A DNA stretch of 64,000 nt, taken from the NCBI GenBank assembly GCA_030658975.1, contig JAUSBL010000052.1, positions 42,954 through 106,953 of the forward strand. Reading direction: 5' to 3'. The DNA comes from Candidatus Latescibacterota bacterium (GTDB lineage: Bacteria > Krumholzibacteriota > Krumholzibacteriia > LZORAL124-64-63). The position numbers and the translations under genes were made by a program. Under the pieces are notes generated by a model. That model searched no databases and had not been told where the DNA came from. It saw only the letters and a list, made by a program, of their open reading frames with translations. This document shows, piece after piece, positions 1 through 8,511 of the stretch (its first letter is position 1; each line of letters opens with the position of its first letter).

Positions 1-916
1 TCTCGGTGGTGACGATGGGCCTGCCCAGCGACATGGCTTCCAGCAGCGAAATCGACAACCCCTCCCATAGGCTCGGCTGGGCGACGATGTCTGCGGCCAG
101 ATACAGGCTGCCCACATCCCCGCGATAGCCCAGCAACCGGAATCGCCCCGTCAGACCGGCTTCGACGATTCTGCGCTCCAGTCGACTCCGCAGCGGACCT
201 TCGCCGGCCACCAGGAATCGACAGGACGCTCCGAGGTCTCCGAGTTTGGCGGCGGCGTCGATCAGATGGCTGAACCCCTTCTGCGGCGCGAGCCGCCCGA
301 CGCCGACGACGAGCACGTCGCCTTCATCCACGCCCAAAGAGCGCCGGAACGTCGCCCTGTCGAAGCCGGGCGGGACCGCCGGCGCGTTGATCCCGTTGGG
401 GATGGCCACGATTTTGTCCGCTGCGGCGATGTGCAACCGCAACGCCCACTCGCGGTGGAATCGGCTGACGCACACGATCCGGTGGCACCAGCCCGCGGCG
501 ATGCGCTCCAGCGCCGCGATGACTTTCGTCGCCGTCCTGCCGCTTTCTTCGTGGAACGCAAAACCATGAACCGTGTGGACCACATGAGGAACCTTCGCCG
601 CCGTCGCCGCGAACCGGCCGATCATCCCGGCCTTCGTCGTGTGCGTGTGGACGAGATCGTATTTGGCCGCCTTGAAGTGTCTGTACAGCATAAACGCGCC
701 GCGCACGTCACGATACGGATTGACCGAACGCTCGATGCAGTCGAGCGGCACAACCCCGATGCCGGCCGCCGTGAGCTGCCGGATGAACTCACGGTCGGTC
801 GCGACTACGTGCACGCGCAGGCCTTCCGATGCCGCCTTTTTGGCCAGGGCGAGGACGATCATCGAGCCGCCGCCGAAGCTCGAGTTGCCGACGACGTGGC
901 AGATCTTCCCCTTCAT
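1..916 (-). CDS. GT4 family glycosyltransferase (3' end runs off the window; absent from the ORF track)
   Basis: Manual translation from ATG 916 (ATGA overlap with upstream stop): MKGKICHVVGNSSFGGG...DLVHTHTTKAG...VGRLAPQKG...PSLWEGLSISLLEAMSLGRPIVTT, with the GT4 E-x7-E motif. Confidence 0.9.
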   Translation of the reverse strand, partial: MKGKICHVVGNSSFGGGSMIVLALAKKAASEGLRVHVVATDREFIRQLTAAGIGVVPLDCIERSVNPYRDVRGAFMLYRHFKAAKYDLVHTHTTKAGMIGRFAATAAKVPHVVHTVHGFAFHEESGRTATKVIAALERIAAGWCHRIVCVSRFHREWALRLHIAAADKIVAIPNGINAPAVPPGFDRATFRRSLGVDEGDVLVVGVGRLAPQKGFSHLIDAAAKLGDLGASCRFLVAGEGPLRSRLERRIVEAGLTGRFRLLGYRGDVGSLYLAADIVAQPSLWEGLSISLLEAMSLGRPIVTTE

Positions 917-2076
917 CGTCGCCACCGATCGAGCGCCGATTCGTAACCATCCAGGACCTGCGCCATTCCGAAGTTGTTGCGGACATGTCGCCGTCCCGCC
1001 TTCGCCAGCGAGCGGCGAAGGGGCTCGTCGATGATCAGCCGATCGATCGCCGCCGCCAGCATGGCAGTGTCCCCGGGGCGCACCAGCAGTCCGGTTGTTC
1101 CGTCGTTGACGAGTTCCGGTGTGCCGCCGACCTCCGTGGCGACGACGGGTAATCCCATGCCCATGGCCTCGACGAGGGCGACCGGCAATCCCTCCCAGAG
1201 CGAGGGCAACACGAAGAGATCACAGGCCGGCAGCATCGCCATCACGTCATCGACGGCGCCGGCGAACACGATTGTCTTCTCGATTCCCAGATCGTGCGCC
1301 GTAGCCTCCAGTTGCGATCTCAGTTCACCGTCGCCAAGGATCAGACACCGCAATGCCGGATGGCGACATGAAAGTGTCGCCAATGATTCCAAGAGCACAC
1401 TCAGCCCCTTCGGGGGCGCGAGTCTGGCAGCCGTGACCACAACCAGGGAATCTTCTGGAAAGGAGAATTGTTTCCTCAAATCAGAACGGGACAGCGCGGT
1501 TGCACCATCAGGGAATTCCACGCCGTTATGCACGACGATGACGCGTTCGCCATCAAGGATGCCCTTCTCGATCAGCATGCTGCGCACGGCGACGCTGACG
1601 GCGATCCTGCCCGCATTTCTCCTGGCCACTGCTTTGTCGATGAGGTTGTAGAACGATGAAGTCGTACGCCAGGCATCGATACTGTGCTCGACCCCAGCAC
1701 TGGGCACACCGGCGATGCCGGCGGCAATCGTCGCGAAGGCATTGACGCGGGCGCCATGAGAGAGGACAACATCGGGCCGCCACGTGCGAATCAGGCCGAT
1801 CATTCGGGGCAGCGCCACAAGTCCCCGCCATGTGGCCAGCGGAAGCTGTGAATAGGGCAACCCCCTAGCCGCCAGTTGGCCCTCAAGCCAGCCCTTTTCC
1901 CCGAGTACCGTCATAACCTCATGGCCGCGATCAACCAGACCACTGGTCAAACCCAGCAACATCGTCTCGGCGCCGCCCCGGCTGGCGCTGGTCTTGAATT
2001 GAAGTATTCTCAATTTTCGGACCCATGCCCCTTTCAAGTCCATCGCCTGACATCCGTCCATCGAACGTGATCTCAA
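913..2076 (-). CDS. GT4 family glycosyltransferase
   Basis: RGGAETM N-terminal motif, ARLAPPKG, PSLWEGLPVALVEAMGMGLPVVAT. True start may be ATG 2043 or nearby. Confidence 0.9.
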   Translation of the reverse strand: MRSRSMDGCQAMDLKGAWVRKLRILQFKTSASRGGAETMLLGLTSGLVDRGHEVMTVLGEKGWLEGQLAARGLPYSQLPLATWRGLVALPRMIGLIRTWRPDVVLSHGARVNAFATIAAGIAGVPSAGVEHSIDAWRTTSSFYNLIDKAVARRNAGRIAVSVAVRSMLIEKGILDGERVIVVHNGVEFPDGATALSRSDLRKQFSFPEDSLVVVTAARLAPPKGLSVLLESLATLSCRHPALRCLILGDGELRSQLEATAHDLGIEKTIVFAGAVDDVMAMLPACDLFVLPSLWEGLPVALVEAMGMGLPVVATEVGGTPELVNDGTTGLLVRPGDTAMLAAAIDRLIIDEPLRRSLAKAGRRHVRNNFGMAQVLDGYESALDRWRR

Positions 2077-3254
2077 GGTCCGGAAATATCACCGAGACAG
2101 CCTGCGATGATTTCCGCCTTGTGGCGCCAGGTCTGACTCTCTGCCATCTGGCGGGACGCAGCACAGCGATCGCGCCAGGTGGCTTGGTCCTCGCCCAGTA
2201 TCGTCAGGATGGCCGCCGCGAGGGACCGCGCATCGTCCGGCGGCACCATCAATCCCGCCCCCCCATCCTGGATCTGCCGGCCCATCTCGTCCATTTCGTT
2301 GGTCACTACGGGCCGCCCGGAGGCGAGATAGGTCAGTGTCTTCAGTGACGAGATGGTGCCCTGATCGCCTCTGTTGCCAGGAAAGGTGGCAATGCAGACC
2401 GTGGCGCAACCCAAGTACTCGTTGACTTCACCGTAGGGTTTTTGACCCACGAGCGACACCTTGCTTGCGAGACCATGCCGCTCGATCTCATCCCTCAACC
2501 GTCCCTCGGTGATGCCGCCGCCAACAACAACGAATTGAACAGCAGGACAGCCACCGGCGACGATATCGACGGCGTCGACCAGAACCGCGAGCCCCTGCCA
2601 CGCGGAGATGACGCCGGCCCATACCACCGTCGGCACATCCTCGCGGCCTTGCTTCGCCAGACACTCCAGCCGGTCAAGTGGCATGAAAACCGAGGCATTC
2701 ACCCCGAGCGGCGCTTCGATGCACTTGTCCGCAGGTACGCCGAAATGGTCCTGAACGAAACGGATATAGCCGACAGCCCCCAGGACCCTGTCGGCCCTGC
2801 TGTACATGGTCCTTTCCCAGATGCGGGTCAGACCGATCAGCGCCGCATTGTTCGGCCGGTAGAGACGAACGTCGGCGGTCGGCAACCCGTTGATTTCGAC
2901 GATCAGGGGGCGGCCGCTGATCAGAGACACCAATAGCCCCACGAAGATCCCGGGTTCCATTCGCGAATACACGACATCCGGGTTGTAGCGGCGCACAGCT
3001 GCAATCCCCGCGATGGTGCCGGTCACGTTCCAGCTGAGTTGGCGGAGAAACCTAATGGCGAAGACAGGGGCGCGGACTTCGCGCAACTCGCTGTCGGCTG
3101 GAGCCTTCGGCCCAGGGAGGTTCAACAGAATCGGCTCCACGCCCGCCTCGCGGAGCGCGAAGGCCAGCTCCCGCGCATGCAGGGAGTCGCCCCGGTCCTT
3201 CCAGAGCGACAAGGCGCCGACTTGCAGAATTCGGAACCTGCGCCGAGCATCCAT
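2073..3254 (-). CDS. GT4 family glycosyltransferase
   Basis: GT-B features: RPLIVEING, VVWAGVISAWQG, SSLKTLTYLASGRPVV. Start set at ATG 3254 (MDARRRFRILQVG). Confidence 0.8.
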   Translation of the reverse strand: MDARRRFRILQVGALSLWKDRGDSLHARELAFALREAGVEPILLNLPGPKAPADSELREVRAPVFAIRFLRQLSWNVTGTIAGIAAVRRYNPDVVYSRMEPGIFVGLLVSLISGRPLIVEINGLPTADVRLYRPNNAALIGLTRIWERTMYSRADRVLGAVGYIRFVQDHFGVPADKCIEAPLGVNASVFMPLDRLECLAKQGREDVPTVVWAGVISAWQGLAVLVDAVDIVAGGCPAVQFVVVGGGITEGRLRDEIERHGLASKVSLVGQKPYGEVNEYLGCATVCIATFPGNRGDQGTISSLKTLTYLASGRPVVTNEMDEMGRQIQDGGAGLMVPPDDARSLAAAILTILGEDQATWRDRCAASRQMAESQTWRHKAEIIAGCLGDISGP

Positions 3255-3340
3255 TTCATCACCTGTATCCTGATGGATGTCATCCCCCGGCGACCTTCCG
3301 GCGTCCGGGTCACGATTGCAACCTGTTCCAACACCGGCAA

Positions 3341-4654
3341 TCACCCGGTGCGCCGATCCGTGGATGATCGGCACACACCAGACAAGAGGTTATCCAATTG
3401 ACTGCCGAGAGATGCGAGGGAGAACTGCTGGATAAAATCCCAGTTTGGAGCGTATCTCGCGGACAGTCTTTCGGCGTCCACCGCAATTTCGCTGATGAAA
3501 CCTGTGATACCGTCGAGATCCTGATTGTCGAAAACGGCACCAAGGCCGGATTGCTGCAGAATATCCGCAGCCTCGCTCTTCACCGGCATGACTCCCAGGA
3601 TCGGCAATCCTCGACCAAGATACTGAAACAATTTACCGGGAATCTGTGATGAGTACTTGGGATCGGCGTACTTGACCAGGAGCAGGATCCCAGAACGCGA
3701 CATTCTGGCTAGAGCCTCGTTTCTGGGCTCTTCCGGCAGCAGGCGCACGATCCGGCCAATTCCCAGGTCCCTGGCGAGCCGTATGGCCTCCGCTCCACCA
3801 ACACCGGCACCCAGGAGGTCGAGCCCTAAACGCTCCTCGTATTCCGGATGTCGGGCAATCGCCTTGGCTAGGGCCTCGACGACGATCCTGACATTGCGGC
3901 CTTGGCCGCCGGCGAGCGCTCCCGCGTGCAGGATCACGGTGCTCCGACCGCTATCATCGGGCCGTACTGGGGGCTTCGCCTCATCATACGACATGTAGAC
4001 CGGCACGATCCGATCCCGGCTCACGGAATGCCGGACGGCAATGTCTTCAGCCATGCTTCGTGTGGTCGTCAGGATCAGGGCCGACGCCTGGACCGTCTGC
4101 TCCAATGCTGCGAGTTCGGCCGCATGGGTCTTCATTTCCAAAGAGGGACAGGGATCCTGGAATTCGAGCACCAACGGAGAAGCGAAGTGGTCGGCAATCC
4201 GACGGGCGGCGACTAGGCTCCCGACATGACCTGTTGTCATGCCGATCACCATATCAGGGCGTTCCGGACGATTGCCGGTATACCAATCCGATGCTCTGGC
4301 CGGCCATCCTCGTTCGGGATCCCGGACGCGATGACCCCGACCCGTCAATGACAGGTATTCACGGTACATCCAGCGCGGCAGGCGGCCCCGAAGGTATTGC
4401 GGGTAGATGCCGGAAAAGGGTGTCCGCACCACAGACCCGACGAATTCATTCTCCGGCGACACGCCTGGGGTTACCCGATCAGCAGCCCCCGCCAACAAGG
4501 TGCAATTCCAACCACGGCCTGAGAGCGCACGTGAAACATCCAAAATCCGGGATGTTGATCCTTGCCATGAATACCGAAATGCCGTTTCGAACACGATCAG
4601 AACTGATTTCACGGTGCGGCCTCCACAATCCGACCCCGATGACGTTGGTTCCAT
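3341..4654 (-). CDS. GT4-like glycosyltransferase
   Basis: LVLEFQDP, ILHAGAL, QIPGKLFQYLGRGLPILG (the 'PxKxxEYxxxGxP' GT4 variant). Start uncertain. Confidence 0.8.
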   Translation of the reverse strand: MEPTSSGSDCGGRTVKSVLIVFETAFRYSWQGSTSRILDVSRALSGRGWNCTLLAGAADRVTPGVSPENEFVGSVVRTPFSGIYPQYLRGRLPRWMYREYLSLTGRGHRVRDPERGWPARASDWYTGNRPERPDMVIGMTTGHVGSLVAARRIADHFASPLVLEFQDPCPSLEMKTHAAELAALEQTVQASALILTTTRSMAEDIAVRHSVSRDRIVPVYMSYDEAKPPVRPDDSGRSTVILHAGALAGGQGRNVRIVVEALAKAIARHPEYEERLGLDLLGAGVGGAEAIRLARDLGIGRIVRLLPEEPRNEALARMSRSGILLLVKYADPKYSSQIPGKLFQYLGRGLPILGVMPVKSEAADILQQSGLGAVFDNQDLDGITGFISEIAVDAERLSARYAPNWDFIQQFSLASLGSQLDNLLSGVCRSSTDRRTG

Positions 4655-4704
4655 TCTTGAATTGTTGGCCGCAAGGGTATTCGTTGTCTCCCCACTTCCG
4701 GAAG

Positions 4705-6282
4705 CTATCGGCGGCCATTACCGGGTGCAACCCCGCCGCCTCGTCTCAGGTACGACTTGAATCGGCCGGCGATCTGCTGAAATACCTCGCGATCGTTCTT
4801 TTCGAATCCAAGGACCCAACAAAGGACAATCCACAACATGACCGTGAGGGACACACACAACACCAGCGCGAAGAGGGATGTGGAATTCACCACATGATCA
4901 AGACCGAGAGCCGCCAATACCAATACCATGGCCACAACCAACGGGCGCCGGTAGGAAGCCCGGAAGTATTCCTGGCTGGTTAGGCCGCAGGCCTTCGCGG
5001 TGTAGAGTGCGGTCACCGGCCGTCTGATGGCCGTGATGATCACCGTCGGCACGATCACGCCCACGACTCCGAGTTGTGAGTACCGCACCAACAGGACCGA
5101 CCCGACGACGTTAAGAACGGCGAGGGGGACCTCCAGCCTGACGAGGAATCGCAGCCGATTCGTGCCCAGGAGAGTCGGGTAATGGACGCCGCCCGCATAA
5201 TTGAAAAAGTCGATCACCGACCACAGGATCAACATCCTGGCCACCGTGGCCACGTCGGCTCCCAGTGTTGTTCCCAGCCAGGCGGTGCATATCCTGTCAG
5301 CAAAAGCCGCCAAGATCGTACAAACGGGAATCCCCATCAACAGCGTGTAGCGCGTTCCCCTCAGCAGCAGTTCCTGGAGGTGCCGCGTGTCTCCCCTGAC
5401 GTGATATCCGGTTGCCAGCGGCGAGAATTGATGCGAAAGCGTCTCCACCAGCGGATGGAAGGCATTGGCAAGAGAGGCGGCCGGGGCGTAAAGCGTCACA
5501 GCCGCGGTTCCGAGCAGAGCAGTCAGGATGATCGGATCGACCCGAATCCCGATCAATGCCGTCAACTGCAAGGCGAAAACATATCCGCCCAGAGACAGCA
5601 GTGCCACGACGGCCTTGCGGTTAACCAAGGACAAGCGCAGACGCAATCCCGGCGTGATGCGCCAAGCAGTGAATCCCAGCAGCAGAAGGTTCACGATCAG
5701 GGCCATGGACATAGCCAAGGCCCAACCGGTGATGCCCCAATCGGATAAGTTGATGACGCCGACGATCAGAGCGCCCCTCAACAGCCCCACACCGGTCTGG
5801 ATATTGTTGATCAGGTCGAATCGGTTGCTGCTGGCGATCATCGTCTCGAACGCCGCAACAAGGAAAGTCAGCAGGATTCCGGGGGATCCGTACCAGCGGA
5901 TGATGAACTGCGCTTCGCGCGTGAGCTGATCGGGAATTTTCAGGGCCGCGACGATATCGGCCGACAGGACAAAAAAGGTCGAAGCCAGCGTGACTCCCAT
6001 CAACAGATAGATCAATAACGCGCTGCTGGCCTGCTCGTTGAATCGCTTCACGTTCTGCAATGCGGCGTGCTCAGAGAGAAATCGCCCCAGGGATCCACGC
6101 AGGCCCAAATCCGCCACCGTGCACATCCCAACCATGGCGACGACGAGCGAAACGAGTCCATAACCGTCACGAGCGTAATGGCCGATCATATACGGCACCA
6201 GCATCAGGCCTACCGCAGCATTGGCGAGCGTCGCAAGACCCCGACTGGCGGCATTGATGACAATTCGTGTCGAAGTCAGCAA
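4705..6282 (-). CDS. wzx: Polysaccharide flippase (Wzx, MATE-like)
   Basis: Many hydrophobic TM segments; GYGLVSLV...ADLGL...LGRF and IRVDPIILTALLGTAAVTLY motifs. TTG start at 6282 with GAGG upstream, overlapping the upstream stop. Confidence 0.85.
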   Translation of the reverse strand: MLTSTRIVINAASRGLATLANAAVGLMLVPYMIGHYARDGYGLVSLVVAMVGMCTVADLGLRGSLGRFLSEHAALQNVKRFNEQASSALLIYLLMGVTLASTFFVLSADIVAALKIPDQLTREAQFIIRWYGSPGILLTFLVAAFETMIASSNRFDLINNIQTGVGLLRGALIVGVINLSDWGITGWALAMSMALIVNLLLLGFTAWRITPGLRLRLSLVNRKAVVALLSLGGYVFALQLTALIGIRVDPIILTALLGTAAVTLYAPAASLANAFHPLVETLSHQFSPLATGYHVRGDTRHLQELLLRGTRYTLLMGIPVCTILAAFADRICTAWLGTTLGADVATVARMLILWSVIDFFNYAGGVHYPTLLGTNRLRFLVRLEVPLAVLNVVGSVLLVRYSQLGVVGVIVPTVIITAIRRPVTALYTAKACGLTSQEYFRASYRRPLVVAMVLVLAALGLDHVVNSTSLFALVLCVSLTVMLWIVLCWVLGFEKNDREVFQQIAGRFKSYLRRGGGVAPGNGRR

Positions 6283-7517
6283 TCGTCGCCTCGATTGCGA
6301 GGGGTTGCTCGCGTCGTTCCGCTGCCGCTGAAAGTGACGACCAGAAGTGCCTGTGACACCCAAACAAGGTAGTTCGTTGTGAGATCGCCACTCACCATGG
6401 CGCACACCACGGCGAACACGAAAAGTCCTGCGGCCCCCTGACGGAGGAGCTTCGGCTCGTACCGGTTCTCCACGCTTCTGCGCAATCCTCGCCAGCCGGC
6501 GATGAAGTAAGTGCTGAAGATCATGAGCCCGACCACTCCGGTCTCGATCAACACTTCGCCCACTAGGTTATGCACGAACTGACGCGTGCCCAGCGGTCCC
6601 TCGTTGTACCTGAAATGACCGGTGCCGATGCCCCAAATCGGGGAGGACTGGAGTTCCACCCATCCCTGTCTTGCGATGGCCATCCTGTATTCTTCATGTT
6701 CGCTGTTCGAGCGCTGAATGAAGAGAAAGGTCAACGCGGCGACTCCGAATACGATGACGGTCGCCGTGCCGGCAAGTTGGATCTTTCGCTTGCTGCGGGG
6801 AGAGTCCCTGTCGTTGAGCAGCGGCCGGATTAAAACGACTAGTCCGCAGATGAGCGCCAGCAAGGGCCCGCGTTCCCCCACCACGATTTGCCCGATAACT
6901 AGCACGATCAAGTACAGCAACAGCAGTACGGCATTCCATCGGCGCGCCAACATGGCCATCGTCAAAGCGATCAGGCCGCCGACTCCCAGGGATCGGCTGA
7001 TGCCGATGATGTCATAATCGAGATGTAGCAGCAGCCACCTCACTGATGCCGTACCGGAAGCCTGTTGCAGCAGCAGCGGCAGGAACAGGGGAACGACGGA
7101 CAGAATCAGCAAACATTTGTAGAGGAGAAGAGTGCAGGCCGGGCGATTCCTGTGGTTCCACAGGATCGCCATCGAAGGCATGACTGCGTAGAGGATGAAG
7201 CCCTGCGTCTTCCAGACACCATAGGGCGAGGGCTCGAAACGCAACATGGACAGGAACAACACGAGGACCGCAGCCAGCAGGCACAACGACATGAAAATCG
7301 TGCGCCGTGATGCCCGCAAACCCGACCTGGCCGCCACCGCGAGATTGAGCGCAGCCGCCACCGCGCCGACGATCAGACTCCTGGATCCGGAAAGCGCACC
7401 CGGAAGCACGAACTGCCAGATCAGCATGCCCTGCAGCAATACCGCCAGGCTGACGACGGCCGCCGCCTCCAGAATCGAACATCTCGCACGGGATTCCTCA
7501 GCTGCCGCGCCGCTCAC
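6276..7517 (-). CDS. O-antigen ligase / Wzy_C family membrane protein
   Basis: About 10 TM segments; GERGPLLAL, SPIWGIGTG and FVHNLVGEVLIETGVVG (the Wzy_C/WaaL 'HN..E.G..G' motif). Confidence 0.85.
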   Translation of the reverse strand: MSGAAAEESRARCSILEAAAVVSLAVLLQGMLIWQFVLPGALSGSRSLIVGAVAAALNLAVAARSGLRASRRTIFMSLCLLAAVLVLFLSMLRFEPSPYGVWKTQGFILYAVMPSMAILWNHRNRPACTLLLYKCLLILSVVPLFLPLLLQQASGTASVRWLLLHLDYDIIGISRSLGVGGLIALTMAMLARRWNAVLLLLYLIVLVIGQIVVGERGPLLALICGLVVLIRPLLNDRDSPRSKRKIQLAGTATVIVFGVAALTFLFIQRSNSEHEEYRMAIARQGWVELQSSPIWGIGTGHFRYNEGPLGTRQFVHNLVGEVLIETGVVGLMIFSTYFIAGWRGLRRSVENRYEPKLLRQGAAGLFVFAVVCAMVSGDLTTNYLVWVSQALLVVTFSGSGTTRATPRNRGDDC

Positions 7518-7518
7518 C

Positions 7519-8511
7519 TCAGTTCCCCGAAGTCGCAGGGCGCCCGCGGACCAGAACCCAACCGCATGCCAGCACGAATCCGAGCGCGGCTCCGCCCAGG
7601 GCGATCAGCGATCGGCTCGGGGCAGAGCGGACGAAGGGTACCGTCGCTGAATCAAGCACCTCGATCGCGATCACATCCTTGTTTTCGTCGATCTTGGCAA
7701 TTTCGAGCTGCCTTTTCAATTCGATCCAAACCGCTGTCTGGACCTGCAGGTCGCGGGTCAATTCCGTATGGCGTCGGTTAAGTAACGGAGAGGTTGCGAA
7801 GGACCGGTTCTGCGATTCGAAGTCCGCCAGGCTGGATGCGGCCGCATCGAGTTCGATCCGGATTTCATCGAGCCGATCCGAGATGAAGCGTCTTTGCTCC
7901 GAGGCCCTGCCCCGCGACATCTCCTGGAGGTAGGCGTCGAGTTCGCCGGCGAGCGCATTTGCCAATTCCGCCGCGAGTTCGGGCCACCGGGGAAGGCTGA
8001 CGCTGATCTGCATGTAGCCCGTTGCGGCGCGGCGCTCGAAGGAAATGACCTGCCGCCTGAGGTTGCTCTTGAAGCGCTCCCGCTCGGCCCATGTCTTGAC
8101 CGGAGCGTCGGGGTGCTTGCGCGACCCGAGCAGCTCCATCAACGGCCTGGGATCGTCTCCGGCATATCTGCTCCACTGTTCGTCGAGTATCCGGTCCAGC
8201 ACCCTGTTGGAAGTGATGATCTGGCCATAAAGGTCTTCGTAGGTGGGCCCGTTGCCGAGTTGCATGTTCGTCAGGGACGCGAGTTGACCCAGTAAATTCT
8301 GTTGGGTGCCCTGGTCGCGCGGCAAGAGCGATACCCGGGCCGTATAGATCGGCGGCAACAGCAGAGAGATCACGGCGGCGATGACGCCGCAGATCAGGAT
8401 CACTGCGGCGATCAGGCGTCGGCTCCTCCACATCAACCTGGTCAATTGCACGACACCGATCTCGTCGTCGCCCGTCGATGCCGGCATTTCGTCGTACGTC
8501 CGTGTCATCAC
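7519..8511 (-). CDS. wzz: Chain-length determinant / polysaccharide co-polymerase (Wzz/GNVR)
   Basis: N-terminal TM followed by PPIYTARVSLLP, a central coiled coil, and C-terminal IEVLDSATVP..RSAPSRSLI plus TM. Confidence 0.85.
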   Translation of the reverse strand: MMTRTYDEMPASTGDDEIGVVQLTRLMWRSRRLIAAVILICGVIAAVISLLLPPIYTARVSLLPRDQGTQQNLLGQLASLTNMQLGNGPTYEDLYGQIITSNRVLDRILDEQWSRYAGDDPRPLMELLGSRKHPDAPVKTWAERERFKSNLRRQVISFERRAATGYMQISVSLPRWPELAAELANALAGELDAYLQEMSRGRASEQRRFISDRLDEIRIELDAAASSLADFESQNRSFATSPLLNRRHTELTRDLQVQTAVWIELKRQLEIAKIDENKDVIAIEVLDSATVPFVRSAPSRSLIALGGAALGFVLACGWVLVRGRPATSGN